Below are positions 1 through 13,766 of a DNA stretch of 64,000 bases, piece by piece; position 1 is the stretch's first letter, and every line of letters starts with the position of its first letter. This DNA comes from Spongospora subterranea f. sp. subterranea (taxonomy: Eukaryota). The stretch spans positions 186,001 through 250,000 of the forward strand of contig JAUGWO010000128.1 of assembly GCA_049724395.1 (NCBI GenBank), written 5' to 3'. The notes under the pieces were generated by a model. That model was not told the DNA's origin. It saw only the letters and a list, made by a program, of their open reading frames with translations, and did not search any database. A program made the position numbers and the translations under genes.

Positions 1-1058
1 AGAAGGGACGCTTAAGAACCGCCTCAAGGTTTGATATGATACTAACCATCTAAGCTCTAGAGACGTCAACGAGGTATTTTTTGAGAGCCCCTGCAGAACC
101 CAGTCGATTCCTTGATCCCGGATCCGGTGCTTTGAGATGTCCAGGAGACGGAGGGACTTGTTCAGGGTAAGCATGGTGGATATATGTCTCGACGGCTCAT
201 CGTCGATCGTCGTGATCCTTGGATTTCCAATACGCAACATCTTTTGGCCCATCTCAGTGCGATCTTAAGAGAAAAGTTGGATGCCAGGGCTAACCTCAAC
301 GCTTGTGTTGCTCTGAAGTGCTCTGAGTATCTGTATGAGTGCGTTGATTCCCATATCAGTATTGCCCCAATCAACATCCCTAAGAGCACAAGAGGGCCTG
401 GATAGGGTTTTAGCTAGGCCAGCCATCCCTAGATCAGATCAGCACAATTCGATTGGCATTCTGGCCTCATCACAGACCAGCATCGCCTATTGGATTCCCA
501 TTCAAGTTGAGCTGAGTTATTGTCCTTTGTCCTTCCAGAGCATGTGCCAGTGCTAATCCTCCCACATCCTCTATATCGTTTGATCTCAGGTTCAGAAGAG
601 CTAGTGTTTGTGTACTCTACGACAATATTCAACATTCTTCTATGATTACGATGAGTATTGAACCTTCAACATAACCCCAAGTGCTTTAGCACCATTGTTC
701 TTGATGGCATTAACACTTAGGTCAATAGAGTTGATTGGGGCATCAGGGAAAGTTGCTAATGATTCAGATAGTGAAAACACATCATCATCGGATATCTTTT
801 GATCGGTCAGTAAAGATGACCCATTCAAGCTTAGATCTAGCTGGGCAATCCTGGCGTAAAATCGGGTATTGTTCAGAATACTACTGCAATTGTGAACAGT
901 ACAAACCCTGACTGTATCGCATCTTGAATCCGCCTCAGAATCAACGGATGAGGATCGTCCCCAAACTGATCGCATTTGACCCTATACTGTTCAAGGAAAT
1001 ACTCAAGAGCCCCATCTTCTCCAGCAATCCTCATTCTGATCATGTTAGTGGCAGCCAT
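1..1058 (-). CDS. RNI-like leucine-rich repeat protein, LRRC34-like (multi-exon, 3' end outside window)
   Basis: Spliced minus-strand exons from MAATNMIRMRIAGEDG carry LRR motifs: INSIDLSVNAIKNNGAKALGVML, LNLRSNDIEDVGGLALAHAL, TQLNLNGNPIGDAG, STMLTLNKSLRLLDISKHRIRDQG. Confidence 0.75.
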
Positions 1059-1999
1059 ATTTTTAACGCGAACTAGATTATATGACCTGATCTACTGCTG
1101 TTGGGTACGGTTGTGCTCACCCCAACAAAGTATCTCCAAGTCAATAGCTATCGCCTGACACATCCTTCAAATCTCAAATTTCTTCTTCCAATTGCTTCGA
1201 CATCTTGTCTATGAATATAACATTTGATTTATTGCCTGTGCATCTAACCAGTCGGACTTTTGAATCAGAAGGGGTTACAACAAACACTAGATTCCAATGT
1301 GCTCGACACGGTCGCAATGATCCGAATCTCAAGCTGGAAAGTTGGCTAATATTGCATAGGTGGTCAGGCTCAGACATAACAAGGAACGCAACAGGTAGTC
1401 ACTAAGACAATATGAACCACCCTGCAATAATGTACGCCTCTGATTGCTTTTCGAACAATTCGTTTTTCGAAGTCATCATCAACATGACATCACCAAAACA
1501 TGTCAACGACGTTTAAAGCCAGATTGCTACGACCCCGCTGCTGTTGACAAATATGCCAGGACAATTAACTGCCTGGCTGAGGAATGCCGATACTGAGAGA
1601 AACCGTTGAAGTATCTGAAGTTATTTCAAATTTCAAATGTAACATCACCAATGGTCGAAGACGATGAATTTGCGAAAGGTCGTCGCGACTACAGCCGATA
1701 CGCTGGGGCAGAAAGAATTATGGTCATGGGGATATCGCTTTACCGTTGCCACGAAATACTCGTTTAAAGGTCCCGCTTGGAGCAATCGACTCAATCACCC
1801 TCAATGTTTTCCATAGTCAGTACTTGGTGTTGGGTCCTTTGGCCAGCAGCTGTGCTGGACCAATCTAATTTGAGAATACTGAACTGTAGCCTGAGCCACT
1901 GTCAAAGGTGTCTACCGTATCACCAAATGTACAGTCACGACCGAGCGTATTTGAAAACAGGCCAATATTTCGGGCGAACTCCAGTAGTCGATCAGAGCT

Positions 2000-2760
2000 C
2001 AAGTCGACGTCCATATCCTGGCTTTGATGCGGAACACTGACAGTTCGAGCTCCAGCATGCTCTAATGTCGTGCTCCTGAATTCATCGCAGTCGAAGTGGT
2101 CTCATCCATTTTGATTTATCGTTGTATTACTGGCCGGAAAAGCAGCGGAAGAGGCGTATAGCGTTGAGAGGAACATCCGAGCGACAGCTGCGAAATACAG
2201 CGTAGATGCTGCAAAATTCGACGATGGAAAACGTAAGCGCAATCCTCAGTCAATCCTAGGGCTAGGGTACATGAGAATAACTCCAGACGTCCCGATGAAA
2301 TAAATTTTTCTCATTCAACTCAGTTTTTGAAAGCCGGCGTCAGAGGGAGTATTGTGTCACCTTCAACATGATGGTTCGGGAAGTGCGGAGACAGATTACA
2401 GACCCTGTTTCATCGTCCGTTACGCCAATGAATGACGAAAATATCGTTGCCTTTGTTGTGAGTGAATCTCGTTAAGGCGTGTAACACATGTTGGGTATGA
2501 TCGTGCCCGGGCAGTATTACAGCGATACAATCATCAACATAGATGACAAATTTTGACTTCGATGACTCCAGAAGCACAACTTTAGAACATGTTGGAGCTC
2601 GAACTTCGCGGAACAAAATTCTGGCAAACGAGCATCAGTTGAAGGCAAGCGGGGGTGCAACTTGCAAGAAAGGATTCTCGGCCATCTGTGACCAGAACAC
2701 AAGCCTCATCATCAGGTTTCCACCACGTCTGTACCGCAAACCACGTTACACTGGACGCAG
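2000..2760. mobile_element. Degenerate pogo/Tc1-like DDE transposase remnants in both orientations
   Basis: The plus strand gives ISLRRVTHVG and IINID..FDFDDSRSTTLEHVGART. The minus strand gives MDET.FDCDEFRSTTLEHAGARTV. Both resemble the pogo N.DET...FD...TL...GA..V motif and are frameshifted. Confidence 0.45.
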
Positions 2761-3007
2761 TTTCGCGCCACAGTCAACGTTGATCAGTCTTCAGGTGGAT
2801 ACAATCTCGGGTTGCTCCACCCGAGGAAATTTTTTGACACCGTCGCTGCAACTTGTGGCGAATCTTTCGACCCTAGTCCAAGAACCTGAAATTATAATGA
2901 AGTCGCGGTGAGGCAAGCCAACGATATCCATTCCTAGAGTGCGACGGCAAACCGATTTTCCAGATTAAGCGACAAAGGAATCGCAATTTTCAATCGGCCA
3001 TTGTCAT

Positions 3008-4144
3008 ATGCTGAAATCGTATGAATCTATTGTACTTGACCATCGGACGTCGATATCGAGTCTAGAGGATACCGTTCGTAACCTGTTACTGATTGTGCCA
3101 GGTCGATTTGGCTCATCTGAAGTGTGTGTCGAGTCGCTTAATGTAATACTCAATGTTATATCACTTTATCATGATAGAATACTGGGTCGACCGAAAATGG
3201 CATCTCATTATGTGCAAAATGAACCCAGTACAGCTGCAGTCAACGCCCAGAACCTATTGTCTTTTATACAGCAATTGGAGATTTTAATGGACATGTTGGC
3301 AAGCAGACACTGCTCTACCCAGAACAGATGGAAACTTATTTTGTCTATAGAAGTATCAAAAGTACGCCACGCTTTTTCAGGTTTTTTGGAGTTTAATGAA
3401 TGAATCCAGATAATCTTACGCCTTATACTTCTGTACTATAATGGTGGTGCGATGCTTCTACAAGCCACACCCGAAGAAACAGCTTCTCATGCAAACGACG
3501 TCAGTCATGTATCAAAGTTTTCCAGTTTCCGAACTGCGTCATTCCGATTCGCAGATGTTATCTGTACGTATCTCTTCTGCGTGAGGCGTCATTTTTATTG
3601 ATTTTATGATTGTACAGCCGTTTATCATCGCCCTGATCCGTATCTAAAGCTGGTTCCTGAAAGTACTGGTGTCCAGAAGAGTCACATTGTTGCCGAAATT
3701 TTTCATATCATTAGGCCAGCTATCTATGTTCTCGGGGTTCTCAGATATTCCTGCTCGTCCTGGATTCCGTTTATGTCCTCATTACTGTCCGACATCATCA
3801 GCAGGGTTCTCGTTGGAAGAATCTCAAATTGGACTCCTAGAGTCCGGCAAGAAGTAATTCCACCGGTTCAATATCTTGCAATTTTTCATAGTACCTTAGA
3901 TTCATCGGCGCCTGTTTTTATATCTGTTTTATCTATTGCGATCACCATTCTTTGAATCATTCACCATGCTACCGTTGACAAATTTCCTTGCATTATGCGG
4001 GAACATTCCATGGATCGGTATCTTCTTTGGTCAGTAATGGAATGTTCACGGTTATTTGAGAATGCTAACACGGTTGCGGTAGGAAATTGCCTTGATTTGG
4101 TACAATCGTTGCAATCACATTATTTCTATACTTCTGCATCCTGA
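3008..4144 (+). CDS. PEX16: Peroxisomal membrane protein PEX16 (multi-exon)
   Basis: N-terminus LEDTVRNLLLIVPGRFGSSEVCVESL...SLYHDRIL, internal RWKLILSIEVSK and AEIFHIIRPAIY, C-terminus HYFYTSAS*. Confidence 0.85.
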
Positions 4145-4363
4145 ACCACTAAAAACAAATACAATTGGTACATATTATTGTGTCATACAATCTTGGAATA
4201 CGGCACGTTGACAAAAATTACAGATACTTCCGCATGGTTTCGACATGTGTTTAGATTTGAATTGTTGCCGATGAAATCCAGCAACAAAAAAGTTCGAACA
4301 ATAGCAATTACATTTGTTAAAAGTCCTATGGTTGCGGAAGAATAGAGCAGGTTTAGCTCCATT

Positions 4364-7212
4364 TCATATCTGCAATGCTTCGATCTGCTCTCGATTGAAT
4401 TCAATCCGCCTGCACATCATTTTTTTTATATCTTCCAGACTTAGACGCCAGAATTTTGAATCATTATTTTCCAGTCGAAGGTCATGGATCTCTGAAATCT
4501 ATAAAGATTTGTGTTGGAAACTTTTTCTAAAAACGAATTGCAAGTTACTTACATCATAGAGCTGCAGAATTGATGCGATTTGAGACAAGCGTAAAAACTT
4601 ATTTCTTACTGATTTACTGCAGATTTGTGAGAAAAACGCTACCAGATTCCGAAGGTCTTTGTCAACTTGAAGCCCCCCGCTCTGTTGACAACATATATTA
4701 TAACTACCAAGCTTTTAGACTTCTGATTACATACAAAGGTAAACGTTTTCTTGAAGCAGATTTCTGAAATACGGTCCGCTATAAATTTGGCTAATCTCAA
4801 AGCCATCATATCGAAAACATTTTCCGTGACATTTGGCTGATTATATCAATTAGGAAGGAAGAGTCGCAATATGCAGGTAGCCCCCACCTTGATTTTTTGG
4901 AGAATAGTGGTACACGCTTGAATGAGCTGAAGAACATATGGGTCTGGTACGCAATTGTATTCTGCTTCTGTAAATTCATAGGAGCATTGCTCAAATCGAT
5001 CGCAAAAAGGTGTGATTCTGGCGTAAATCAATTTCAAATGCCGAAAAACGCCTTGCAGAACGACCTTTCGAAAACTTTCTGCGGTCTCTTTTATATTTGA
5101 AAGACATGCATCCACCATCGCAGCCAAATTACCTGCAGCACGTTTCAAAAGCAAAGTTGGATATTCGAAAGCCAAACATTGAACCTTTAGCAGCGCTTTG
5201 TTTGAATTCAGTATCAAAAAATTCTTTAAGAAGGATGATGTTATGTGTACTTGTATCAGCATTATTCAATGCCAGTAACTCTGCTAGCACTGCTTGTTCA
5301 TGTTCCATCTGATCGGTAAAAAACGCAGAGGAACTAGAATCTGATTCCGCTTGAGTTACCTGATTTCACAATGGATAAGATATTGTGAAAATGACTCCAT
5401 AGGTTTACCTGAATGCGATTAACAATAGTTTGCTTGTATTCACCGTCTAAGAAAGAATTGATATTGTTCAAAACTGCAATTGCACTTGTCAAACTCTGTG
5501 TACTGAAAGCTCGAACGCCGCTGGTTTTTAAAATATAGAACACGTCGTCGACCTATTTGATTTTGAACCCTCTCTGAAATAAATTAATCGTATACGCTTA
5601 CAAAGTCTGATGCTTTTGTGACAGATAGCGTTGATAATGACACCTCCACCATAGTGTCTGCCAATTGAATCGCTTTATCGACATTCCTAATCATGTAGGA
5701 GTGTTCTAATGTAATATAGTGATTCAACACTTCTTGAACAACCTTGTTTAGGTCACTCTCTGGAGACAAAGATATCCAGTCCTAAGAAAAACTTGGTAAA
5801 AGAGACATTTGAACCCCACAGTCGCAGCTACAGGGCGGATTTCAGCAACGGCTTTGAACATATCGACACTGTTTTCGCGAAATGTCTCAAATGCATGCGC
5901 ATAAGCTGATCGTAAATCCAGGTCAAAAAGTTCACATTCTCTTGCCAAGCTGGCGATCTAAGTGATGTATGTAAGATATCAAAACAGCAACTCGCAATGT
6001 TTCAGATTACGTCTTCAAGAGTCCGATCGAGAACAGCGGAATCATTGCTAGATTCACTATCAGATTTCCAAGACGAAGTAGAGACCGTTGCTGCCAATTG
6101 AGCCAAATGATGATGTTCAAGAAACTCCTCAATTCTGGCAATAACGTGACGATCCGAAAGGAGTTGCATTTTGTGGATAAGGCAGGCATGAGACCCTAAA
6201 TTACTTGTCATATAAGACGATATCGGAAGGGACATAGTATCTACCAAGCCCAAAATCCTGCTGCAGTTGGCGTTCATAATCACGAACACAATCAGTAATG
6301 AGGTCAAAAATGGCTGAAACATTCTCAAGTAATATCGGTGACGAGGCCAATTTCTGGACAGCGGCATCCATTTGACGGGCAATCAATGAACAACAGTTAT
6401 CCAAGCCAGAATAACCTAATCCGACATAAGAAAGAAGTCTACAATAGCGCACAATCTAGCCACACAATTTAGAAAAGTTTTCAGCCAATATTAGTACCAA
6501 CCTGTTCGTCATCCGTTGATTTGTTGTATTGCTCAAGTATAGCGTCTCGCAGCTGCGATTCGAAGTCTATGAGAACGCGAAACGAAACTTCGTCATCGTC
6601 TTCAAAAGTGCAGCCATCGATGTCCGACTCTGCCTCCTTTTTTTTTCTGTAGTGACGTAACATCCTGTTAACAATTTTCGCAGCTTTTTCGAAGTCGCCA
6701 TCATTCAGCGATTCTCGACTCTGAGATAAAATCAAACGCGAGTCGATGACCTCGTAATGCGAGTACTCACAGTTTCTATGGCTATTTTTAGATCTAAAAC
6801 CAAATCAATTTGCTCCAACGCAAGTCTAAGCCTTGACTGGGCGCAATCTAATTCTCTGACCTAGCCTCGTCAATTGTTAGCAACCAATCTGAAAGATTTG
6901 AATGTTCTTATCAAATCGAGGAACTCACTTTGCCCGATATGGCCGTGGCTAGTACATTGGAGGAACCTATTTTGTTCATCAATGCACACGACGTGCGTTC
7001 TGAATCTTTGATTCCGCTGACGCTGATAAATCACAGTTTACAGCCGAAGCAGAACAAAAATGCAGAAATAACCTCTTTGAAATGACTTCGGTCAAAAGTG
7101 AGTTTTCATCGTGCAGCAAGGAATTTCTTTCCGATAAGAGTGTATCAAGACGTTGAGCAATGCTGACGTCAACCATCCTAAACCGCTCCAGTTCTGATAC
7201 GAGATCGGCCAT
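4364..7212 (-). CDS. COG4: Conserved oligomeric Golgi complex subunit 4 (multi-exon)
   Basis: Motifs YITLEHSYMIRNVDKAIQL, VDDVFYILK..VRAFSTQS, LNNADTSTHNI..L and C-terminal WRLSLEDIKKMMCRRIEF. Confidence 0.85.
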
Positions 7213-9325
7213 GGTGTAAAAAACCCAGATCGTGCCAGGCGCCGACAACAGGTCGGGTCTTATAAAATTCGAGCCGTATCCAGTGAATAACCGAGGCGAC
7301 CCAATAAGAACCAGGCGAACAATCAGGCAGTTCTTAATAATAAGGCAATACCGAAATTAGTGATTACCCCACTCAACAACACTGCAGAAAAAGGTGCGTA
7401 TCTAATGGTGTAACGAATCCAAACTTGATTCTGTAAATCGACAAAAACAAATGGTTGTTGTGTTTGTTAATGTATTGCTGTGGTGTCATATCATATTGTG
7501 ATTGTATTGGTCGGTGCTGTAATACATAGCGCGATTGGGCGTCGGTAAGTTGTTAATGTATTGTATTATTTGGTGAGTCCTTCCGAGGGTGAGGCGATTC
7601 TGTTATGAAGGGAGAGGAACGAGTCTAGAGCGATGCAATCACCGTATTCCCTATATATCTCACGATTACTCGTACTATTGTTGGATCTATAGCGGCGTTC
7701 AATACTCAATTGATAATTGCAGTGCTTGTTGAAATATCGGAGAAGACGCATCTAGCCCACTGTCGGACCATAGCTCGCGAATCTCGTCTGCTGATCGTCC
7801 TGTGCAGAATTCATCGCTCAGCCTTTTTGGCCAAATACATCCCTTTGCCAATGAGCACGATTCTCCTTTGATTGACACGATTCCATGGACGATATCGGGT
7901 ATGTTTTTGTTGCGGTTTTGAGTTGAGTTTATCGCCCTTCCTGAATCGTTTTCAACCATATCTTCTGTCGCTCCGTCCCTATTGGCAATACAATCCCATG
8001 CGGTCGTCTCGTCCATGGATGCTCGAGAGTAGCCAAAGCAGTGATCAACGGGAAGAGATCTGATATAGTTCCTAAAGCCAGACGATCAACAACAGTAGAT
8101 GAAAAAGAAACGACCGATTTGACATACGGGAAGGGTTTTCCCATTCCAACGTGTGGTTTTGGCACATTGACGTATGTATCTGTTAATCGCTTTGAAGAGA
8201 CCAGCGTCCTATCTCTGATATCAAGGCAATTGGCGGCCGAATCTGACACCTCTCCAGCAACACGAGGCGACCCAAACCGATGAGTTAACGGATCGATGTT
8301 CGCCTTCTCCCAATTATACCCAAACTCAACTATATATTGATCCCATCAATATCCACATTCTGATATGCTAATCGATCCCCCTCAATACTTTTCCTTTGAA
8401 TGACAATATCATCAGCATTGGCTGCAGGGCTGCCTTTCCTCAACCATGGCGCACCGTCCCTCGCCGGGAATATACTTTCACCAGCTGTTTCTATGGAGAC
8501 TTATTTGGCCCAGGCGGATCAAAACCAGATCCTGTGTTTGCTGACCTGAGCTATGTTCACAGGTTTTCCCAAAGCGGAAATGTGGATCATTGACAACCGC
8601 TGTTGGAAAGACAGTGTTTCTTGTGAACGACCTACCCAAAGGTTCTCGTTGACACCGTCGATATATCGACTCTTTTTTCGCCTCTAAATACTCTGATAAT
8701 TCAGATAAAGGTGCTCGGAGAAGGGGAATATTATCCTAAAATTGATTATTAGAGTTCGGTCAGCGCTGGTTTTGATCAATAATTGCTTTCACCTCCTCGG
8801 TATCTCGTTTTGGTTTAGAGCCGAATCTTGTATCCGACCCATGGCGTCGCACCATCGATACGTCCTCGTGTTGCCGATCATCCCATTCCGGGATAATTCG
8901 ATATGATTCCTGTGATGGAGCCGTAATCCCAGCCTAAACATGCCATGAACATTACACCATTGAAAACAAACAGACTTGAACTGACAGGTCTAATGTCGGG
9001 GATGATGTCCCTATGAGATTTGGACCCCATTGCTGATTAAAAGTTTCCGTTTTTTTTTATTTGGTCGAGTACGGTCAAGGTTGAACAGTTATAGGATGTG
9101 ATATCTGCACGTGCTACGAGGTACCGGCCGCGTTCCGTTTGCCGACGACGTTATTTACATGATCTGCCCCCGATATGAGTATCTGAAAGAGGTTGCAGTG
9201 ATTCTGGGAACTGCAGCCCCCTTATATATGCCCCTGGCCCTAACATCTTATCGCCAATCAGAATCGTGGCTCTTGAGCTTGTTTCCGCTCATAACTCCAG
9301 CAATCGTTGCTAAAATTCCCCCATC

Positions 9326-10530
9326 ATGGCCGTCGCCATTGTCCTGATGATCGCTCTGATCCCCTGGTCGAAGTCCTCTTTGGTCACTGTTAGGAACGCC
9401 ACCTCGCCCTGCATATCGTCCAACCCATTGGATGCCACTCCATATCAACCATGTCAATCCCGTATCAGATTAACCCCATCATTTGCTGATAGTTGTGGTG
9501 CTGTTTGGTCCACCCAATCAGTGCCAGTTGATTCCTCATTTCAGATCACCTTCTCATTTCAGGTTTCGAACATCACTGGATATTGCCCAGATCATATGGT
9601 AAATCATCAGGGGGTCCACAGATTCGTAATCACATTATAACTTCTTAGAATATATATGAGCGATGCGCTAAACGAGGTGGCCATGGACTGGCCCTCATCA
9701 TTCAACATGATCCATCGGCAACCAATCTCGCTTCGTTTATCGGTATATCGTCACCTGATTATATCCATTCATTCATCACTGATCACGATATCGATATCAA
9801 GGAGGCTGTCAAGAAGGTCTTGGATATACAGGAATCCGCAACAGGTACCAGATCACTGAATTCCGAAATCAGGTTTTGATCTGGTGTTCGACAGCGTCGC
9901 TATTGAGTTCGATATGGTACTCGCTTTGCAATCAATTCGGTAACTTCCCATCTGAATGAACACGATTTGGGGTTTCAGTGGCACGATGCGTATTTGTCTG
10001 ATCTATACGATAATCACATCGCGGTTCAGACAATGGGCGATGGGCCCAATACCAACGATCATCACCAGATCTATGCAGGAACGGCAGATATTCCTGAACT
10101 GGCCGATGGCGATATTCACCGGTTCCGGTTCGTTTATGAGCCAACATTCGACATCAACATTCTCCAATCGGAGACCTGTTCATCGCGACTCGCTTGTGGA
10201 TTATATCAAGCGTCCCCATTGGTGTGTCGAATTGCGTCGTTCATCTCCCCTTCCCCCCGTCCATCGAATTAAATTTGTTGTTAGTTCGCCTCGATGTTGA
10301 CCAAATCGTATTCCAATGTAGCGACGATGGGATCGGGCTGGCTCTATCTCGACGACATGTCCAAACCGCTAACAATCATGCCCGTGAACCTGATTTCATT
10401 GCTCAACCTAACATCTAATCAAGCATATCTTGGAATTTCCGCCTCAACTGGTTCTGTCCAGTTTCAAACACACGATATATTCAACTGGACATTCTGTTCT
10501 AATTCATTGTGCACACAGTTAACACCATAA
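9326..10530 (+). CDS. Secreted legume-type (L-type) lectin domain protein (multi-exon)
   Basis: Hydrophobic N-terminus, then RIRLTP..CGAVWS, GGHGLALIIQ, LGYTGIRNSVAIEFD, NHIAVQT and AYLGISASTG..QTHDIFNWTF. Confidence 0.8.
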
Positions 10531-10646
10531 ATCGATATTTCCAATTTCATTCAACTTCAGATTTTTTTGTTCGGGTATTTCTCGTGCCCGGACGGCTGAT
10601 ATCATATCTGGTGAGTAGATCTGTCTCTTTGACGTAATTGTGAAAT

Positions 10647-11426
10647 ATGGCGCCGAAGAAGAAAGGGAAGAAGTCGTCGAGCAAAAAGAAAGCGAACGTG
10701 GCTGAGGTGGCGGTGGTGAACAGGAAAGAGGAAATCAGTGATTACGTCGGTCCTGGACATGGGGCGGATGCCTTATTGCTGGACGCCATAGTCCGCCATG
10801 ATCATTGTCAGATCGCCCGCCTGTTCAGCACCTGGCCCGGATTGGATATCAATCGCCCAGAGCCCAATGGCAATCGGCCAATCCACGTTGCCGTCCACCA
10901 TCAGCGATTGCCTATTGTCCATCTGCTGATATCGTATGGAGCGGATCCAGAAGCGAGGAATGCTTCTGGACGGACCCCAATCATGCAATCGTCCCTGATG
11001 GGCAATTCCGATCTGGTCGATCTGTTTATTGGAACGAACTGTGATCTTGACGCCCAAGATAACCTGAAATGCACCGCGTTATTGCTAGCGGTGAAAACCG
11101 GCAATATCAATATCGTCAAGAAATTAGTGCAACGTACAGTTTATTAGTGGCGCTGAATCACATTTGACTGGAATTTGATTGGAATCGGCGGTGGTTTAGG
11201 GGGAGCGGATGTCGATAAACCAGATATCAATGGGATGAATGCCTGGTATTGGGCCAATGTTCTAGGACATCAAAGCATTCAGGATTTTCTGCCACGACCG
11301 GTTCAAGCGTTCGACGTTTGGAGACAGTACGAGGAACTGTCATGGTTCAAGGACGCGATCACGAAGTTGAGGGCGGAACCGCAAGCGAAGAAAGGGAAGA
11401 AGAAGAAGGGAAAGAAGGGGAAATAG
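10647..11426 (+). CDS. Ankyrin repeat protein with Lys-rich termini (2 exons)
   Basis: Repeats GNRPIHVAV, GRTPIMQSS, CTALLLAV and GADVDKPDING. MAPKKKGKK N-terminus and KKGKKKKGKKGK C-terminus. Confidence 0.85.
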
Positions 11427-11491
11427 GTTCTGAACAGGATGGTGAAGGGAATTATGATAAGTTTAGTTATTTATATTGGCGAGATGCAGTA

Positions 11492-12483
11492 TTAGAGATT
11501 CTGTTGATGATGATGGTCGTCAGGATGAACGGCAACAGCAGCGGCAGCAGGGCTGATCATGATACGATTAGGGGTATCCGATATATCGTCACGATTCCTC
11601 AGGCGATCCAAATAAACCTGACACATGACCGTAATCATGATCAATAATGCGGCTGTGAATATCAGGCTCATTAGTGAGATGATCGTCTGCAGATCCATCT
11701 TGTATAGGCTTTCACCTGAACACCAATCAGATCAACACGCAACATTTATGAATTCGACCGCATCGATCAGACCAGAACGTATCTGTTGAAATAGGGCCAC
11801 GAGATCTGTGGAATTAACACCCATATAAACATAAAGAATGAGCTTTATTCTCGATAGTGAACAAGCAGCTAAGAAGTTCGATATCCTGTTGGATAATGTC
11901 ATATCTATTGGAAATGTGCAGAAAACGGCCTAACCTTATTCTGGTTAATGGCAGTAATGCACACGACATACCATATGGACAGGCTGACATCTGCAATAGA
12001 AAGGCGGCGATAAACCCATGATCGCTAACTATCGTCTCGATCGCCTCGATCCTGCTGGTGTATGTGGGCAGATAATCCTGGAGCTGAGCAAGGGTGACCC
12101 ATTCCCGCCTGACGACCGCCCTGGCGATGAGGAAGGTGATGAGGCCGGCCGCGATATAGCCTGAGGGACGTGAGGAATCGAGATGGGGATTGGCGATGGG
12201 GATTACTGGAATACACGATGGGGAAGGCGATCCATCCATAGAGGATGGCGGCGACCAGGATGAGGAAGGTCGACCCGAACCCGATCGGGGTGGCGGTCAC
12301 GACCAGGGCCACGATCAAGGCGAGGGTGTGGAGCGGGTTGTGGGGATCGACCAGGGACGCGACCAGGAGCAGGAGCTGTAGGTAATAGGGCAATAAGATG
12401 ATCGATATGATGATCCCACAGCTGATCCCGATTATGAAACCGATTGCGGCGATCGCATTCCGGTATCGCCTCATATAGCACAT
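11492..12483 (-). CDS. VTT/DedA (SNARE-associated Golgi, TMEM64/TVP38-like) membrane protein (multi-exon)
   Basis: Multiple TM helices; motifs TPIGFGSTFLILVAAILYGW, GLITFLIAR and FLLQMSACPYG..LLPLTRI. Confidence 0.75.
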
Positions 12484-12878
12484 GATCGTAATTCAGTCGT
12501 GATCGGACCCGATCGACAAACAGAACGGGAGGAAACTCACCGTTGGATTAGGGATTTAGAAAACGAAACAGGGAAAGGGCATAATTCGGCCATTGGTACA
12601 GTTATGTAAAACAGGGGAACACTACTAAAGATATTTATCAAACTGACTGGTTCAATTAACTGAACCCAACCCGACCTTTTCCATGTTCAACCCACAAATA
12701 CTGACAACCGCTGAGAATTTATTGCACAAAAAACTGACTGGAGTTTCACGTTCTGATGTCAAATGCCGAACAGAAGAACTGATGACATCTGTGATGGAAT
12801 ATTTCGTGGCGAAATACTGCATTCACAGAACGGGATGGGTATGAGAAATGATCAAAATTTGATCAGGTCTGACGACTT

Positions 12879-13766
12879 TTATTGGACGATTAAACTGGGA
12901 AACCAATACTCGAACTGTTTGAGGTCGCACTGATCCACCCAGGCAATTCCGTTCTCCATCATCAACTCGATCACTTTCTCAGACCTGACAGCAGGCCACG
13001 ACAAAGCCGAGCAAAGGCCAGATATGGAGATATGGCCCTGGTTCTGTTGGGCAATCTCTAAAACATCGGTGTGGTCCTTATTGAACTCAATGGGCACAGA
13101 AAGGATCATTGGAGAGTTGTTGATATGAACAATACCGAATCCTCCGCCTAGCACCTTCACCTAGATAGCTGGGTTTAATGATCATGGCCAAAATGATCTG
13201 TCGCAACAAGAACCTTATCGATCGCGCGGCGAACGTCATCGAGCGATATTAGTTGAGCTGATGGACCTCGTCTTGAGGAAAGGCGTGTGAACAGGTCTGT
13301 GATGGCTAATAACCCTCCTGAAATAACACTTCAATTTCTGAAATGACATGAACTTGAGTCTGTTATATTCACCATTCTGAACACGGGTCGCTAGACACAC
13401 CTCAATTATCTGAATACTCAACTCGTAATAAAAATCACCAACACCGAGTAACTCGGCCCAAAATCCTTTTGTTGATGCCAATGGGTCAACCCCAATCTTT
13501 TGACACATCTTGCTGAATTGGGCTCGAAATACAGCATTAGATCGAATATCCTTTTTGTGTTTAACGGCAAACGCCTCTAGATTACTTTTAAATATTGACA
13601 AACTAGACCGAATCTATGATGGGATAAAGTTAATATTGATCTGATAGTGGTTAAGCGATACTACATGTTCAATCTGTGTTTGTTCAATCTCTCTTCCAGC
13701 GGTCCTGAACCGTTCTGCCGCCTCCTTCTTCTTCTTGATCCCTCCGATACCCACGGTCCGCCTCAT
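12879..13766 (-). CDS. SNF8: ESCRT-II subunit Vps22/SNF8 (multi-exon)
   Basis: [61 protein letters not shown]...YWFPSL. Confidence 0.95.

Noticed and set aside
2281..2351. Tiny Stowaway-like MITE ending CAGAGGGAGTA
   Set aside because: The left terminus is too degenerate to support the call.
7566..8640. Short ORFs between COG4 and the lectin gene
   Set aside because: No recognisable family; the MDET motif alone is too weak to call a transposase.
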